Assembly (NCBI GenBank): GCA_013115145.1
Contig: JAAPAO010000006.1
Location: 62,001-126,000, forward strand
Length of the DNA stretch: 64,000 nt
Direction of reading: 5' to 3'
DNA from: Perkinsus chesapeaki ATCC PRA-425
Lineage: Eukaryota > Protista > Perkinsozoa
Shown: positions 13,068 through 25,949 of the stretch, in pieces
Numbering within the stretch: the stretch's first letter is position 1
Layout: each line of letters starts with the position of its first letter
Notes under the pieces: generated by a model
The model's input: only the letters and a program-made list of their open reading frames with translations
Database searches by the model: none
Told to the model about the DNA's origin: nothing
Translations under genes and position numbers: made by a program

Positions 13068-16000
13068 CATGGCTGCTGTCACATCAATGACTACAGCGAA
13101 AGACACTGGAGGTGTCAGTTCTCCAGATGATGCGGAATTCAAAGACTGTAATAGTATAGATGCAAGCAGAGTAGACGAACAGTCTATCGAAGAGGATTCT
13201 CCTAAGAGTACCATGACGCCCACACACAGTGAGCATGTAGCTGATGATAGTAAAGGGGAGTCTAAACCAGAGCAGACGACACAGCACAGTGATACTGATG
13301 TGGCTTCTGATATGGGTAATTCTCATCGCACGAGAAGTCACGATAGTATCCAGTCGAATGCAAGTGCTGTCCAGCAGACAGCACTAGCAGACTCAAGCGC
13401 TGATGCCGCTGGCAAGTCTCATGTTGAGGAGGCTGGAAACGCTGATATTAGTAGAAAAGAGGAACGAAAAAGTGATGATGAAATCTGCAAAAAAATTCCA
13501 CAGCCCATCAGCGCTATTCCGGTGATGCCTCCACCCAGTGACGCTTCTGATGCTGATGGTACTACATGGTCATATTCTGCAGGCAGATAAGTTATTTGAA
13601 ACTAGGTGTAGCACCAACAGGGGAAGATCCAGTTAAAACTGAAAAGGAAATGAAAAAGCAGATGACATGGGGAGAGACTTGGCGGTCTTTGACATTAGCT
13701 CCGAGGGCTGCGGGGGTTATGATGAAAGTAGTAATGGGGTAGTGATCCAGAAGTGACATATGGGGTGCTCCATGTATATAGGGAGGGATAAATCGACAGC
13801 TCTGACGTAGGAATGGAATATCGATTGTCGAATAATCTCAAGCCTTCCAAAATTTGTCTTGGGCACTGCCGGTATCTGTACATCACAGATTGTGTCGGTC
13901 TCGTTATTCAATCTGACACGTGCACATGCTGCGTTGGCGCCACTTGCCGCAACGGGAAGGTTGATTAATGATAACAATCGAAAATTACCACAGCGATACG
14001 ATGCTAGGCGATATAAAACAAGACACAATCATTCACTATATATTCTAGTATTGGAGGTCACGATAGTGTTGTTAACGCTTAAGCTGTGTGGATCATAAAG
14101 TCTATTACTTATCACAGGTCCCAATTCGTCGTATGTTTAGTAAGCCCAGAAGGCCGACATGGAATACTCAGATGGAGACGTACTAATGGAAATGTCAGTC
14201 TTGCAACCAATAACGTCGCCTTTTTAGATATATAAGCGTTATGCGATCAGCTGGCAAGAATGCCCCTCGGCATGATCTGCGGGCAGTCCGCGCTATCGCC
14301 AATACGACGGTTCCGAATATTCTCCTCCCTAGTGGTGTGGTAATATACCTGGGTAGGAGTGGGTAATTACTGCCTGCGGTGGGTTCAGTTTCGATGTAAA
14401 CAGTACATAGCATTTCAAGAGCGAGACGGTGAAGGTCGCCTACATCAACCAGTTAAGATAGGTAAGTTACATTGCCAAACATCTAGGCATGTTCATTCAA
14501 TAGTATGTTAGATTGGATCTGGGCCAAGACTGTTACTCCCGAGCGAGACCAGAGCGGTCATGTTCTGAAGGAATGTCCGACAAAGGAGGAGTTACAGCGA
14601 AGCTCGGTCATCCTGTAATATTAGCAAACAGCATGTAGAAAGTCGACTAGAAGGAATTTGTAATCTATTGTATGATTCTACTCACGTGGTGAAGAATACC
14701 GTTATTCTTTTCGTAAACGTACACCAATAACAGCTCAGCGTGTCGATACTTGTGTTAGCATTAGTATAATATATCAGATACGTCCATGGAGGGGGATTCT
14801 GCATGTGTAGCAGTGGAACGCATCGGCATCTTCTCTACACTTTAGCCCTTAAGACAGAGAATTGTATGATGTAATACTAGCATATGATAACGCCTGCCTA
14901 ACTCTTATCCCAAATAGATGCTGCGTTAATTACCGTCAACCACCCGAAAGCAGTCTCCTGGAATCCACGTCAGACGTGGAATGCATGTACGTCTTTACAT
15001 CTTTACGGTAATCGAATTATGGTAGGCGAATCTCAGGTATCGATATCTCATCTCAAATCTGGATGTTTCCCCTGATCGCATTGCCATCGCTGGTGATTCA
15101 GCCGGTGGGGATATGGCAGTTCTTGCTTTGGTTCAGATAAGAGACAAAAAGGTGGCATGGTACAACTGGTTTTCTATAAAAGATTACCGATTAGCAGATA
15201 CCACTTCCAGGATGTGCATGTCTTCTCTCTCCGTGGGTTGACCTCGCAGACAAGGTTGACTATTTCGATGTGACTCCTCAGCAGACTCCTAGGGTAGCGC
15301 TCTACTAGGGTGCGGGAAGAATATCATGAACCTTCTGTTCAGGAGCTTCCTGGATCTGAAAGCGTCACAAGTAGCGATCGGCAGCGACGACGACGGAGAA
15401 GGAACAGTAGTCGTCGGAAGAGCAGTGACTTCTCTGACGAGTGTGTGGATTACCTTCCTTCCGACTTGGTAAGCCAGTGCTCTTCGACCCTCGGTTTTTG
15501 ATGTTTGTCTGTTAGGTTGTTGAGTTTGCGCAACTAGCTATTGGTGACATCTCAGCGGATGATCCACGAGTGTCAGCCATGTACGCAGACCTCCGCGGGT
15601 TGCCACACATGCTAGTAGGAATCACTTGATATAATATCTGTGTCTGCTAACATTTTTTCAGATACATGCGGGTCAAGCAGAGCTTTTACTGCCACAAATA
15701 GAGCGCTTCGCTGCTAAGTTCTCAGCTCAAAAGTCAAATAAAGTGGAACTCGAGTATAAAGAATTCGAGGACATGGTAGCAGCGTTGGGTTGGTATTACC
15801 TATCAATTAGATGATCAATCACACTGATGCATTACTCAGCTTAAAGGGTGGTGCCTGGACAGGCATTTGATATCTATTCAGGTTCACGTTTTCCAGCTGT
15901 TCAGTTTTTGCTGCGGCCCTGATGAGGCCCCCAACCGGTCACTCTCGGACATAGCTGATTTCGTAAGATTTATCATGATTCTCCAGTGGTGGTCGTTATA

Positions 16001-16080
16001 ACCCAACTCTCATCAGATACAACGGCATACTCAACCTCGAGCTCCCTCTGACGACGCCAATCCATTATCATGACCAGTAA
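13068..16080 (+). CDS. Hormone-sensitive-lipase family (abhydrolase_3) esterase/lipase with long acidic N-terminus
   Basis: YVHGGGF (~14780), VNYRQPPE, IAIAGDSAGG (~15080), LLSPWVDL, DPRVSAMYADL, AGQAELLL, EDMVHVF. The Ser/Glu/His triad appears intact. The end is approximate. Confidence 0.85.
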
Positions 16081-16352
16081 CCATTTAAGAAGGAACAAAA
16101 TGAGCACTTCATTCACCCACCGTCTGTAACTCAGTGCACGTGAGACCTTATATCATTGCATTAAGGCAAGGTTCTGTCTAGCTCCTTTTGTGAGCTAAAA
16201 GTCCTTTTTAACATTTCCTCTTCGTTACCTGTACTTCTCTCGAGCCGAGTTGAGTAGATGAAATGATGAGGTACCCCATAGTTCCCGGCACGATTATTCT
16301 GCCCGCTCCTCCCCCTTGTTCTCCCATCCGTCCCTCACCTTATGCATCCTAT

Positions 16353-17636
16353 ATGCTTTGTGTGCTGCTTATTGTAGCGGTACTCATCAACTTTTGTGCT
16401 GCAGTAGGCGAGGGAGCCTCTGATAACAGCAATGAACGTTGGGTCAACGAGATTAATCTGTATCGATGCATTCATGGCCTTCGGCCACTTTCGTGGGACG
16501 CGAGTCTGGCCGAGGCTGCTTCTGCACTAGCTAATAGTTTGTCTGCTACTGGGAGTCTCTTTATACCTGATCCGCATAGGAACACGATTGCTTTTGGTTT
16601 TGGGGAGTTCCTATGTAGCAACCGATACCGTCAATTTGACCAGACTTGTGCAGTATGGTTTTGGTATCTTCAATATCTTGATACTATGGGTCAGGATGGT
16701 TGTGGGCACTCCCCGATCAAGGGCAAGGATAAATGGAGCCCCAGCAACATTGCGGATGTGAAAATACTATTATCAGATCGAGTCGAGTTTGTAGGTTGTG
16801 CCGGCAACAATCTCTACTATGCTTGTGAATTTGACGCTGGGTGCGGACTTCCGCGAGAACCATGTGGAAGCAATACAACAGAGTTAGAGCACTGTGTTGA
16901 TGAGACATGCTTTTGGTGCAGGGAAAACACGAGGGTTAGTTCTTGTTGGAAGTGGAATCCTTACGTCGACTTGGGCATTTGGCAGTCTACTACAACTACT
17001 TCTTTACCGAGTGAGCCTGACCTGGAAGCGGCGGTCACAACAACAAGTGAGATCTTTGTTTTGGCGGAATGAGTGCACGTGGATAACTGAAAAGAATATG
17101 CGTTTCATCCAGGTACTCCTCTAGAGACACCAAACCTTCGTGGTACGCCTCCTGACACTGAACTAATATCAACACTACCACAAACCGTATTGACAGACCC
17201 GGGTCCCTCTTCCTTTTTTAATGATTATGATGATGATGGATTAATTGTCGAGAGGGGTGAAGTTTCTGTCGACCCAATGGTTCCATCATTGAGTTTACTA
17301 CTATCTAAAAACTTTTACTGTGAGACGCCCGAGGAAGTCACTGCTGCTCATACACTATGCTCGAGTATCCAGTCTGGCTCCTGGTGCCAACTAGACGCGG
17401 CGCATCCAACTTGTTTTGGTACTAGTCAGGTCTGTGGTTGTTTCGATGAAGACAAACTACCGAGTGCATTTCACAACCCTTCTGGGGAGTGCACAGTTTT
17501 AGATTCTCATTACTTCTGCCAAACTAAAATACGCAATGGGCGTTGCCGGTTCGAGAACGGTCCACCTTACTTATGCGAGGGTTCAGACATCAACTGCGAC
17601 TGCGATCATTTGTTAGCGCATGCTCTGGTCCTTTAG
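16353..17636 (+). CDS. Secreted CAP/SCP/PR-1 domain protein with T/P-rich linker and two Cys-rich modules
   Basis: Signal MLCVLLIVAVLINFCAA; WVNEINLYRCIHGLRPLSWDASLAEAA; EFVGCA. One in-frame intron (~17047-17112) joins ORFs 16263-17072 and 17190-17636. Confidence 0.75.
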
Positions 17637-18164
17637 TGATTCTAAGACAGCGTATAGTTTATATTCAAAGCTCTAATTCAAATCTATTTCTGCCTATGTA
17701 GTGCCCGTAATATTATTGTGTTATGCAGGACCATGTGACACGTTTTCTACATGCCAAGTTGTTGTGCTAATCCTACAGCCCTATAGGAGCGAATCAGTCA
17801 AGCTTGGCAAATGGGTAGAGTCTAAAGCATCTGAAAGTCTTCGTCAGCTTGATTATTTGTTATCTCACTCTACAGCAGCTCACGATATAAGTCTCAAGAG
17901 ATAACGAGATGGGGAAATCGCATCACAGCTATTCGAGTCATCTAATAGTTCGCAGAAGCACTCGGCAATTGCGTTTGAACTCATTTTATTGGTTTATTTG
18001 TACTGTAGTGAGGGTTCTGGTTCACAGTGGGTTCTATTTACAGTCCCAGCAGTCGAAGAGGTCTCCGAGTGCACTCTTGCTATTTCATTGTTTAATACTG
18101 AAGTGGCACGCAACACCTTGACTAGACAACACAGTTTATACTATCATCATCATGCTCACGTGTA

Positions 18165-21100
18165 TCAAAGACCACTTGTATCGCAGCATTTCTCGGTTAT
18201 ATCCTGAAGTAACATGCTTTAAGCGAATAGGAAGGAATGTACACCTCTGGAATCTTCCAGATGAAGATACCGCCTTCATGCCCTGCGCTAACAATCATTG
18301 TCTGATCTGGTGATATGGCAACGGATGATATTGTCCCACTGTGACCAATTCCAGACAAATGGCAGACCCCTGAAATGGGTAGGTCCTCATTCCCACAGGC
18401 GTTACATAGTACTCTCACCTTCATCATAGTCCCACAACTTAACGAGCTTGTCTGCTCCTCCACTCACAAAGTGAGAGCCCGACCTACCAGGATAAGTACC
18501 ATGCCATGAAATAAAGACAATGATACTTCGATATCGAAAGGGCACAAAGCTCAGCATCCTGCGATCCTTCTAATACACGAATTGTCTGACCATCGAAGGT
18601 GTCCCAATATGCAATCTTCCTGAAAAGGTAACGGTCATTGGGGATACCGCAATTTAAGATAACTCACCGATCGCTCCCGGTGGTAATGAGCTGGGTCTCG
18701 TCCGGGTGGTAGACTAAATTCTTGAACATGGTCGATTCGAACAGACACAATGACCGTGTGCGAGTGACAAGGTCCCATATACTGAAGAGATAATCGATTA
18801 ACACCAAATAAACCAATCAAAACTACATGCAACTTCCATCGGAGCTAGCAGAGACAGCTTTTGTGTTATCAGACGTGAGTCTAATACACCACACACGACC
18901 ACGGTGCTCCTGAGGTTAATAATTGCCCTTACCTTACACATGCGCCTATAAGGTACTCACCTTCAGGCTTGCTTCCATGACTTGAGTTTGACCATTCTTT
19001 CCAAGACGCCAGCATCTCACCTCGCCTTCCATACCTCCCGAAACAAGCCTGAAATGACAGTGTGGGCATACCAAGTCAAACTGTCTCATTTCTACTTTCC
19101 TATATCGGAGCTGCAGGTAAGGGCGGTAACGCCGTTTTTGTGTGCATCATTGATCACGTAGAGAAGCTTTCCCGATTGTGGTAGGAACGCCCGTATTTTG
19201 CCGTCATGCCAGCCTGTGACAATACTGCGCCCATCCCTGGCGAAATCCATGCAGTTGCACTCCACCTTAGGAACCTGACATATTCGAACTCACTGGCTAC
19301 GTCACATGTGGCCTCAGCGGCAGACCAACCTGTATACGTAGAAGCTCTTGCCTTGTCCTCGAGTTCCATATACGAACCTCTTCCTTGCTGCATGTCGCAA
19401 ATACCTGAACTGATATGGAAAATGTGAAGGGCTCGCCAGCTACCTCTGAGAAATCATGAGGGAAGGCAACCTGGTTAATTGCATCATAATGGCACGTGTT
19501 ACGTAACTCAGGGGTCATAACATCCTGAAAGAAGGGTAGTGGTACTGTAATACTTACTTTCCACCCACCTGTGGACTAGCATCTACCCAGTAGACATTAC
19601 TGAGTGAAGTAGTCGCGAAAAAGTGAGTACTGTCTTCAGTGAGAGCTATGGACGTAACGCAGCCAAGGACCTGAGAAGGGCAGTGAGAATCGTGTCATTA
19701 GCTAAGGTGTTATATCCGAGTTCAGAATTGCATGCTCTAGTTTAAAACCGACGATCCATAACGTTAGACCCGATCTTATCATAGTTTAAAGGTCATGATC
19801 AAAGAGCGGTAGAAGTTGGTGTTTGTATGATTGGCCATTCGAAACGAGGCGACAGTCAACAGCCTATTATGTCTTCCTGAATTCGATTTGTATATGCTCA
19901 CCTTGCAGCTTGTTGTCACTCTAAAGGTCCTTGTATCTATCTTAGCAATGGTTCCTTCACCACTTCCAGCAATTAGATCGCCTTAAACAATGACCAATAA
20001 TGAGAGCATTTGAAGGGTCACCCTTTACCATCGTCTAGTATTCTGATACAGCTGACTCCCTGACTGAAGCATTGCTTGTGTGGCCCGAGTCGTTTATATA
20101 TACCACGCTGAGCCAATATGCCTTAAGTGGTAGGTTACTCAAACACTTACGTCCACATTGACTTCGAGTATATCGCCGCTCTGAGTGCCACAATAGGCAA
20201 GCTTGTCATCTTTAGAGATGCACATTGTTGTAATGACCCTTCTTAAATTCCCTGAGCAGAAATAGGATCTTTGCCGGATATGAGTTGGGCGTCGGGAAAA
20301 CTCAGTGCTATACAAACGAAATACCACAACCTGCGATCATCGGACTATTTACCTGTGCTAACCTCTGTTGGGCGTACCTTCTTGTTGGCCAAATCAAGAT
20401 ACCATAACCTGCATCAGAGAGCAGTAGATACATTTTCTCCTCCGCAAGATATACACACGTTCAATCCAATGATAATTAGTTAGCAAAAAGCGTTGACCGC
20501 AAAACAGCTACATATGGCGGTGGTAGCAAAATTCACCTTGAACTTTCGATGTTACCTGATATGATAATTTCCTCCAGACATGAGATGCAGGTCAGAGTTA
20601 TGAAGGAACTTCACAGTATGGGCTGTGTCAGTGGCAGCAGGAGTGCCGCAAATCGGTTGACCTGACAGAGATATTTTACGACCACTGCTGCCTTGGCAGA
20701 ATTCACCTGACTGAACATCCCACACAACCAGAGCGTTGTCATCTTGTCCCCCGAGGCTAACAAGGTACTTGTTATTAAATGAGAACGACAGGGATGATAC
20801 AGCCACCTGAAGAGGATAGCGGAATCGACCTACTGCTCAGTGATAACTGGGATCTCTAACCTTATGCAGACTCAACTTATGGAGGGGTTTTCTTGTAGCG
20901 AAATCCCAAATAATAGCATCGGCTGGAAAACCCATGAAAGTTTTCTGTCCCGAGGCCACGAATGCACCATCGTCGGATACAGTGATACAGTTTACCTACA
21001 ATAAGAGAGCCTGCATCACTGCCATCTGCCATTATATGCGTATTTTAGTGTATGCGCTGCAACTTCAGTGTATAAATAAATCAGTGCAACGGAATATCGA

Positions 21101-21438
21101 GGTTCTTATAGCGACATGGGAGTAGCATAGACCAGGTTCATCTTACTTGATTATCATGACCAACCATAAACTCTTGTGTTCTATCCAATAGGTTACGAAC
21201 TACTACAGTACCTAGTATAACCATTGTCGTAGCTACATTAGACTCTGTACTTACATCCAAGAGGGAATATTAGATGTTTATTGTCCGGGTGAAGATGCAT
21301 ACCATCTATCACTGCACCCTTCAGTCCTATTACTGCCTGTAACTCTAGCTCTCCATCCTTCACTGTACGTTCAACTTTCTTAGGCTCATCGGCAGTAACT
21401 GGAACAGCTTCCGTTGTGGTAGGCTCTTCAACAGTCAT
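18165..21438 (-). CDS. CFAP52: Cilia- and flagella-associated protein 52 (WDR16), WD40
   Basis: ELELQAVIG..HLHPDNKHLIFPLGC, LVSLGGQDDNALVVWD, ICGTPAA, CHYDAINQVAFP, ELLRIQV, GHSGTISSVAISPD..IWKIP. Confidence 0.92.
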
Positions 21439-21675
21439 TGAGTGGAATGTTAATTCAGCTGAAATGATGGAATCGTGGAATGTGACCAGCAACACAAAGA
21501 CATTCCTCTCCACGACTCAAGGGCTCAAATCAAGAGACGTGACATGGATTGTCGGGCACACATCGAGTCCTGTGCCTCCACCGCACTCCTGATTCGTAGA
21601 GTTCCGTTTCGGGTGCGCATTAGCAGCAACGAACCTGCGAGTTTTATACTCGCTGGAGTGATCCTCAGTACTGCC

Positions 21676-23065
21676 TCACCGCTTAACAGTCCTAGGAGGG
21701 ACCATTGACGATATGGGATCCTTCTCGAAGTCGGCGTGATGCGTCGGGTCCGTAACGAGCAACTCGTAGTTCCACAGGACTCTAGGAGTCTCAGTCAACG
21801 ACTGCTGCAAATGATGTACAAGGCTAGAACTAATCGTCACTACAGTGTTGGAAGTAATGCCTTGTGGGACCCTCCGTAATGGTATAATGAAGTAAGACAG
21901 CCATGCCGGCCATGTGTACAGCTGGCCAGGTATAAGAGGGGCATTTCTAGAGAGATGGAAAACACACATCAGCTCGGCGAAGCATGAGGGCTATTACAAA
22001 ACGTGAATAGATTACCCTTTCTCAAAACGTTATCAAGAGCAGTTGCTATTATAAAATGCCTAGATCCCAGAGGAGCAATAAGTATGAAGGCTTAAGTGTG
22101 GTTGCCGGAGTTTTTGAAAACTAATCCTACCTGTCTTTTCCAAATGGTGGGTTGGAACCTCGAGGGTCCATAGTGTACATTACTACAGGAGACTCTTCAG
22201 AGTCTACAGCATCAGTTGGTAAAGGCGTAACATATCCACCTACACCGTGGAAACGAATACAAGTACTAGTGCAACCTCTTCACCCGCTGCAATGGCTCCT
22301 CTCGCAACGTGTGTTCTCGGCAATGGTTGAGGTGGGTCATCATGAGGATCAACGATGACTGCCCATACAAATAGTGCTACTTTATCCGATAACACGCCTT
22401 CGGGCTAAATTAGAAGACTATAAAGGGGGTTAGTAGGGCAACTTACAGCCCAATCGCTCTGATTGAGATATATTCCACACATCACTTCTATAGCCTTTTG
22501 CAGCGATCCAAAGGCTTCACTGTTATAGAGCTCAGGCCAGTGTTGGTGCCGTAGGCTCTCATTGGTGAATATCTAAAGTAAATGCAGTATTGACGTACAA
22601 CAATGAAAGCAGAAATATTAAGCCAATAATCGCCAACGCGATTGTGGACTACTCCGGGAACGAAGGAAAATGCCAGAATGCATCAAGTCACGGCGAAGTC
22701 TTCGAAAATGCATGCATGTTATGTACAAGCTCCACACTATATTGCAAGGTTGCAGACGTATTGCCGGATGGGTGAGTCATATCACCTTCCATTGCCACTT
22801 TTGAAATGCTATCGCTGATGTAGATGAAGGGTTGGTCGATAAGAAGGTCTTGTAACCTTCTTGTCCTGAATCGTAACACTTGCGTGTAAGTAACGTCCAT
22901 CATGATGGTACCCAGCTCCTGTAAGAGTGAGTGGTGACCAGGATTAATAAGATCCTCGCTAATAGGAGCAGACTGCCAGACTGTCGACCAAAGGTACTGC
23001 ACTGTAACTGTTTCCCTAGCGTGGGTTAGCAATACAATGGCAATGCTGCCTATAGCAGCGGCCAT
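21676..23065 (-). CDS. Signal-anchored protein resembling a degenerate 2OG-Fe(II) oxygenase (TIGR02466/PF13759-like)
   Basis: N-terminal hydrophobic MAAAIGSIAIVLLTHA. Spliced motifs LFVWAVIV..THVARG..YV..TMDPRGSNPPFG..PGQLYTWPAWLSYFI..RVLWNYEL follow the order of that fold. Recognised from memory only. Confidence 0.5.
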
Positions 23066-23244
23066 AGCGTATAGGCACGTCATATAGGCTAAAGTCCGCT
23101 GGTAATGTACTGCAGGAGTCGCCTAGGGTCCGCTCTTTACCCAGCGAAGTACTAGGTAAGTCCACGACTCGTATATTAATTGACATAGCACAATATACAC
23201 ATATATAATCGGTCTGACGTAAGGTATTCGGTAGAGTACAGGGC

Positions 23245-23865
23245 CTAGACTGATGGGCCAAGGCCTTTCTTAACTTGCTTCCGCTTCTTTTTTTCGGCTC
23301 GCCAGCCTCCTTCAAGCACTCCGACTTCTGGTATAGAGCATTCCTCTGAAGTACGTATTTTACCTGACAATTGACCCTCTAGTAAGACCGCCCACGGAAC
23401 TCAGGATAGCCTTTATATACAAATACAAACAACTAGGGTATTAGAAGCCACCACGTTCGCCCAGAATTTTCTGGTTGAGCTACCGTCGAGCCATTTACTC
23501 GCAGACATAGAGGAATTCGTTCACACCCTACTACCTCTCTTCTTCACTTTCCGCTCTGACTGAGCCAATCGCTCTATCTCTTCAGTTTCACGTTGAATAT
23601 CAGCTACAGTCACCTGAATCCTTAAAATGATGATTCTCCAGCTAGCGACTAACTTTTACCGATGGATCCATCTCCAACCTCTGTGCTTCCGTCTCGTCCA
23701 CCAAAGCAGCGCGACCGCCTGAAGGATGGCGTATGTAATACAAGTAGCAACTCGTGAGTTCTTTGAACAGGGGTACGACTTACGCTTCTTTGCCTTAACC
23801 TTTTTTGGGACCAAGCTGGAGAGGTCCTTGACAGTCTTAACTCGATGACGCTTCCGTTTAACCAT
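23245..23865 (-). CDS. Small Lys/Arg-rich hypothetical protein (multi-exon)
   Basis: MVKRKRHRVKTVKDLSSLVPKKVKAKK / RGRAALVDETEAQRLEMDPS / VTVADIQRETEEIERLAQSERKVKKR / ..WRAEKKKRKQVKKGLGPSV*, joined by GT-AG introns. Confidence 0.5.
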
Positions 23866-24000
23866 GACTGATAGACAACAACTGCTCTGCATAGCAAGTC
23901 CAATCTAGTAAGCGCAACATCACTAAGCCACCAGAAGGCGATAGAAAGCGATTTTACAGTTTAAAATATTAACAATGGTAAATTATTCAAGTACGTGGTT

Positions 24001-25246
24001 TTACGGTGATGGTGTGGACGGTGATGAAGGTGACGCAATGCTCTGTGGTGACGGGTTGAGAATCTGACAGGTATGCTAATACTACATCAAATCCCTTGAC
24101 GATGTCTCACCCCAGCCAAATGGGTATTGCTAACCCTCTCGGGCCTAGAGGAAGTCCTCTTGTTCCGAGTACCTCTCTGCCGGCCTCCTCGAGTCTTCCG
24201 GATAGGCCTGGTGACCAACGTATAGGAGAACCACCACAACTACGATAACAGTACCGGTGCAGAACTTCGGCTTGTTGGTTTCGTCCCTCATTAGTAGCTT
24301 TCTGTATATCAGCCATACTAGGCCATGTCGTTGCGAACCACCTACAGAAAACCGCTCACAGTAAGCGACTCCGAACTCCTTCGCCCTCATATATATTACA
24401 TCTCTTTAATATCGCTATCTAGTGCCTTGGCCATGGCAGTTATCTCGTCAGAATAAAGTCTACCCAGGACAACTCCAAGATTGCTACGGCCTAAGAGCAA
24501 CCCTAATATTAGATGGACGCGTTTGAACGGGATGAACTTACAGGCCGAACATCGCTCGTCATTCGAGTATAAATCACACTGTTGCTTCTTAGGCCGTGGT
24601 CCACCAACTGAAATAAACAGCGATCCCATATCCTTCTCCACTATGACTTGTATACCGTTAGCCTTCCTCGCGGTTGCGTCGGCCGCAGCTTGTTCAGCTG
24701 CCGCCTGTGCTCGCTCGCATTTAATTTGTTTTACATAGTCGGGATGCCTCACTCCTCTACAAGCATGCTCACGCAGTAAACCTGTGTAAGTGAACTAACA
24801 ATATAAATGAAAATACCGTATTAGTACTTGAGATATCCTCATCGATTCCCGGATAACTTTCCAAAAGATTAGGATCCACCATTAAAGTCGGTCGGCTGTG
24901 GAGGAGCTGCAATAATTGTTGCTTGTCACGAAGATCGTAGTGTGGCCTATATAATTGGAGTAACTTCTTCGCGTATATATCTTTCCAACCTAAATTTGTA
25001 TCTTCTGGTCGTCGGATCGTAGTCAATCTTGGGATTGTTCTGCAACATCCCTACCACCGCCGGTTGCCCTATTATCCGCTCTCGAGTGGTCCTGTAAGCC
25101 ACTAGCGGAAACTGAGACTACTATAAGGTTTACCTTTCAATTTGAGAATCAGTGAATTCCTGATTAGGATTCTGCTTGAGCATGTCCAAGACGACCTTCA
25201 CGATCGACTCTACTGGTCGCTGACCTTTCGCCCCGAATTGATACAT
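24001..25246 (-). CDS. General transcription factor TFIIE beta subunit (TFA2/GTF2E2-like); 5' end uncertain
   Basis: Winged-helix segment VVLDMLKQNP..MLQNNPKIDYDPTTRRYKF-RPHYDLRDKQQLLQLL..LLESYPGIDEDI; LDSDIKEMWF; basic tail ending SNTHL. Confidence 0.72.
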
Positions 25247-25949
25247 TGCAATACACTCTGGGGTATAAAACTACGTTGCGGTCATATGAGATGTACCCCT
25301 TTCCAAGTGATAATCTGAGTTGTAATGTAGGAACCACTAGGAGTGCCTAGACCAGTTTTTGCGAATCGCGTGCGCCCAGATGATCGATCTCCAAGGAGAG
25401 TCTAGTATAGAGCACCGTAGAGGCTCTATGACATACCTATTCATTCATATCACCAAGGAAGCCACTGGGTCCTAGTAACACTTTCAGCATCTTAGTTAAT
25501 GGCACCTCTAGTGCCAGTAAAGCCGCCGAGGCATGTTCCGGTTGCTAACGGTGTGCCAGTGAGGGATGGTCCAGTCGTCCCAATGGTACCTGATATACCA
25601 CATGGCAATATTTATATGAGGCAGCATCTATCTCGGTAAGCAAATGCGATCTTTATTGCGCAGCTCTCGAATCTCTTCGGTGAACCCGTGTGGAATTCCG
25701 AATAAAAATGCAAAACAATTTATACGACATATCTGCCGTAAATTAATTAGACATTCCTGCCAAGTTCAACTGGTATTATACTCAGTACTAGCGTGGTAAC
25801 AAGCAATTGTCATTGATGGGCTCTCATAAACCAGCGAGATTTTGCGGGTTAGCTTCGCGTAAGATGCGGCAAAATCGGCATTTCATAGCATCTCAAGGAT
25901 GGCATATATCATTTGTAGGTGTCATCGGTCAGCAGCACCAACTTTAGAA

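Noticed and set aside
25290-25420. TLLGDRSSGRTRF resembling a small-GTPase P-loop upstream of TFIIE-beta
   Set aside because: GKT lysine absent, no G3/G4 motifs, and I could not splice it in frame to a coherent ORF.
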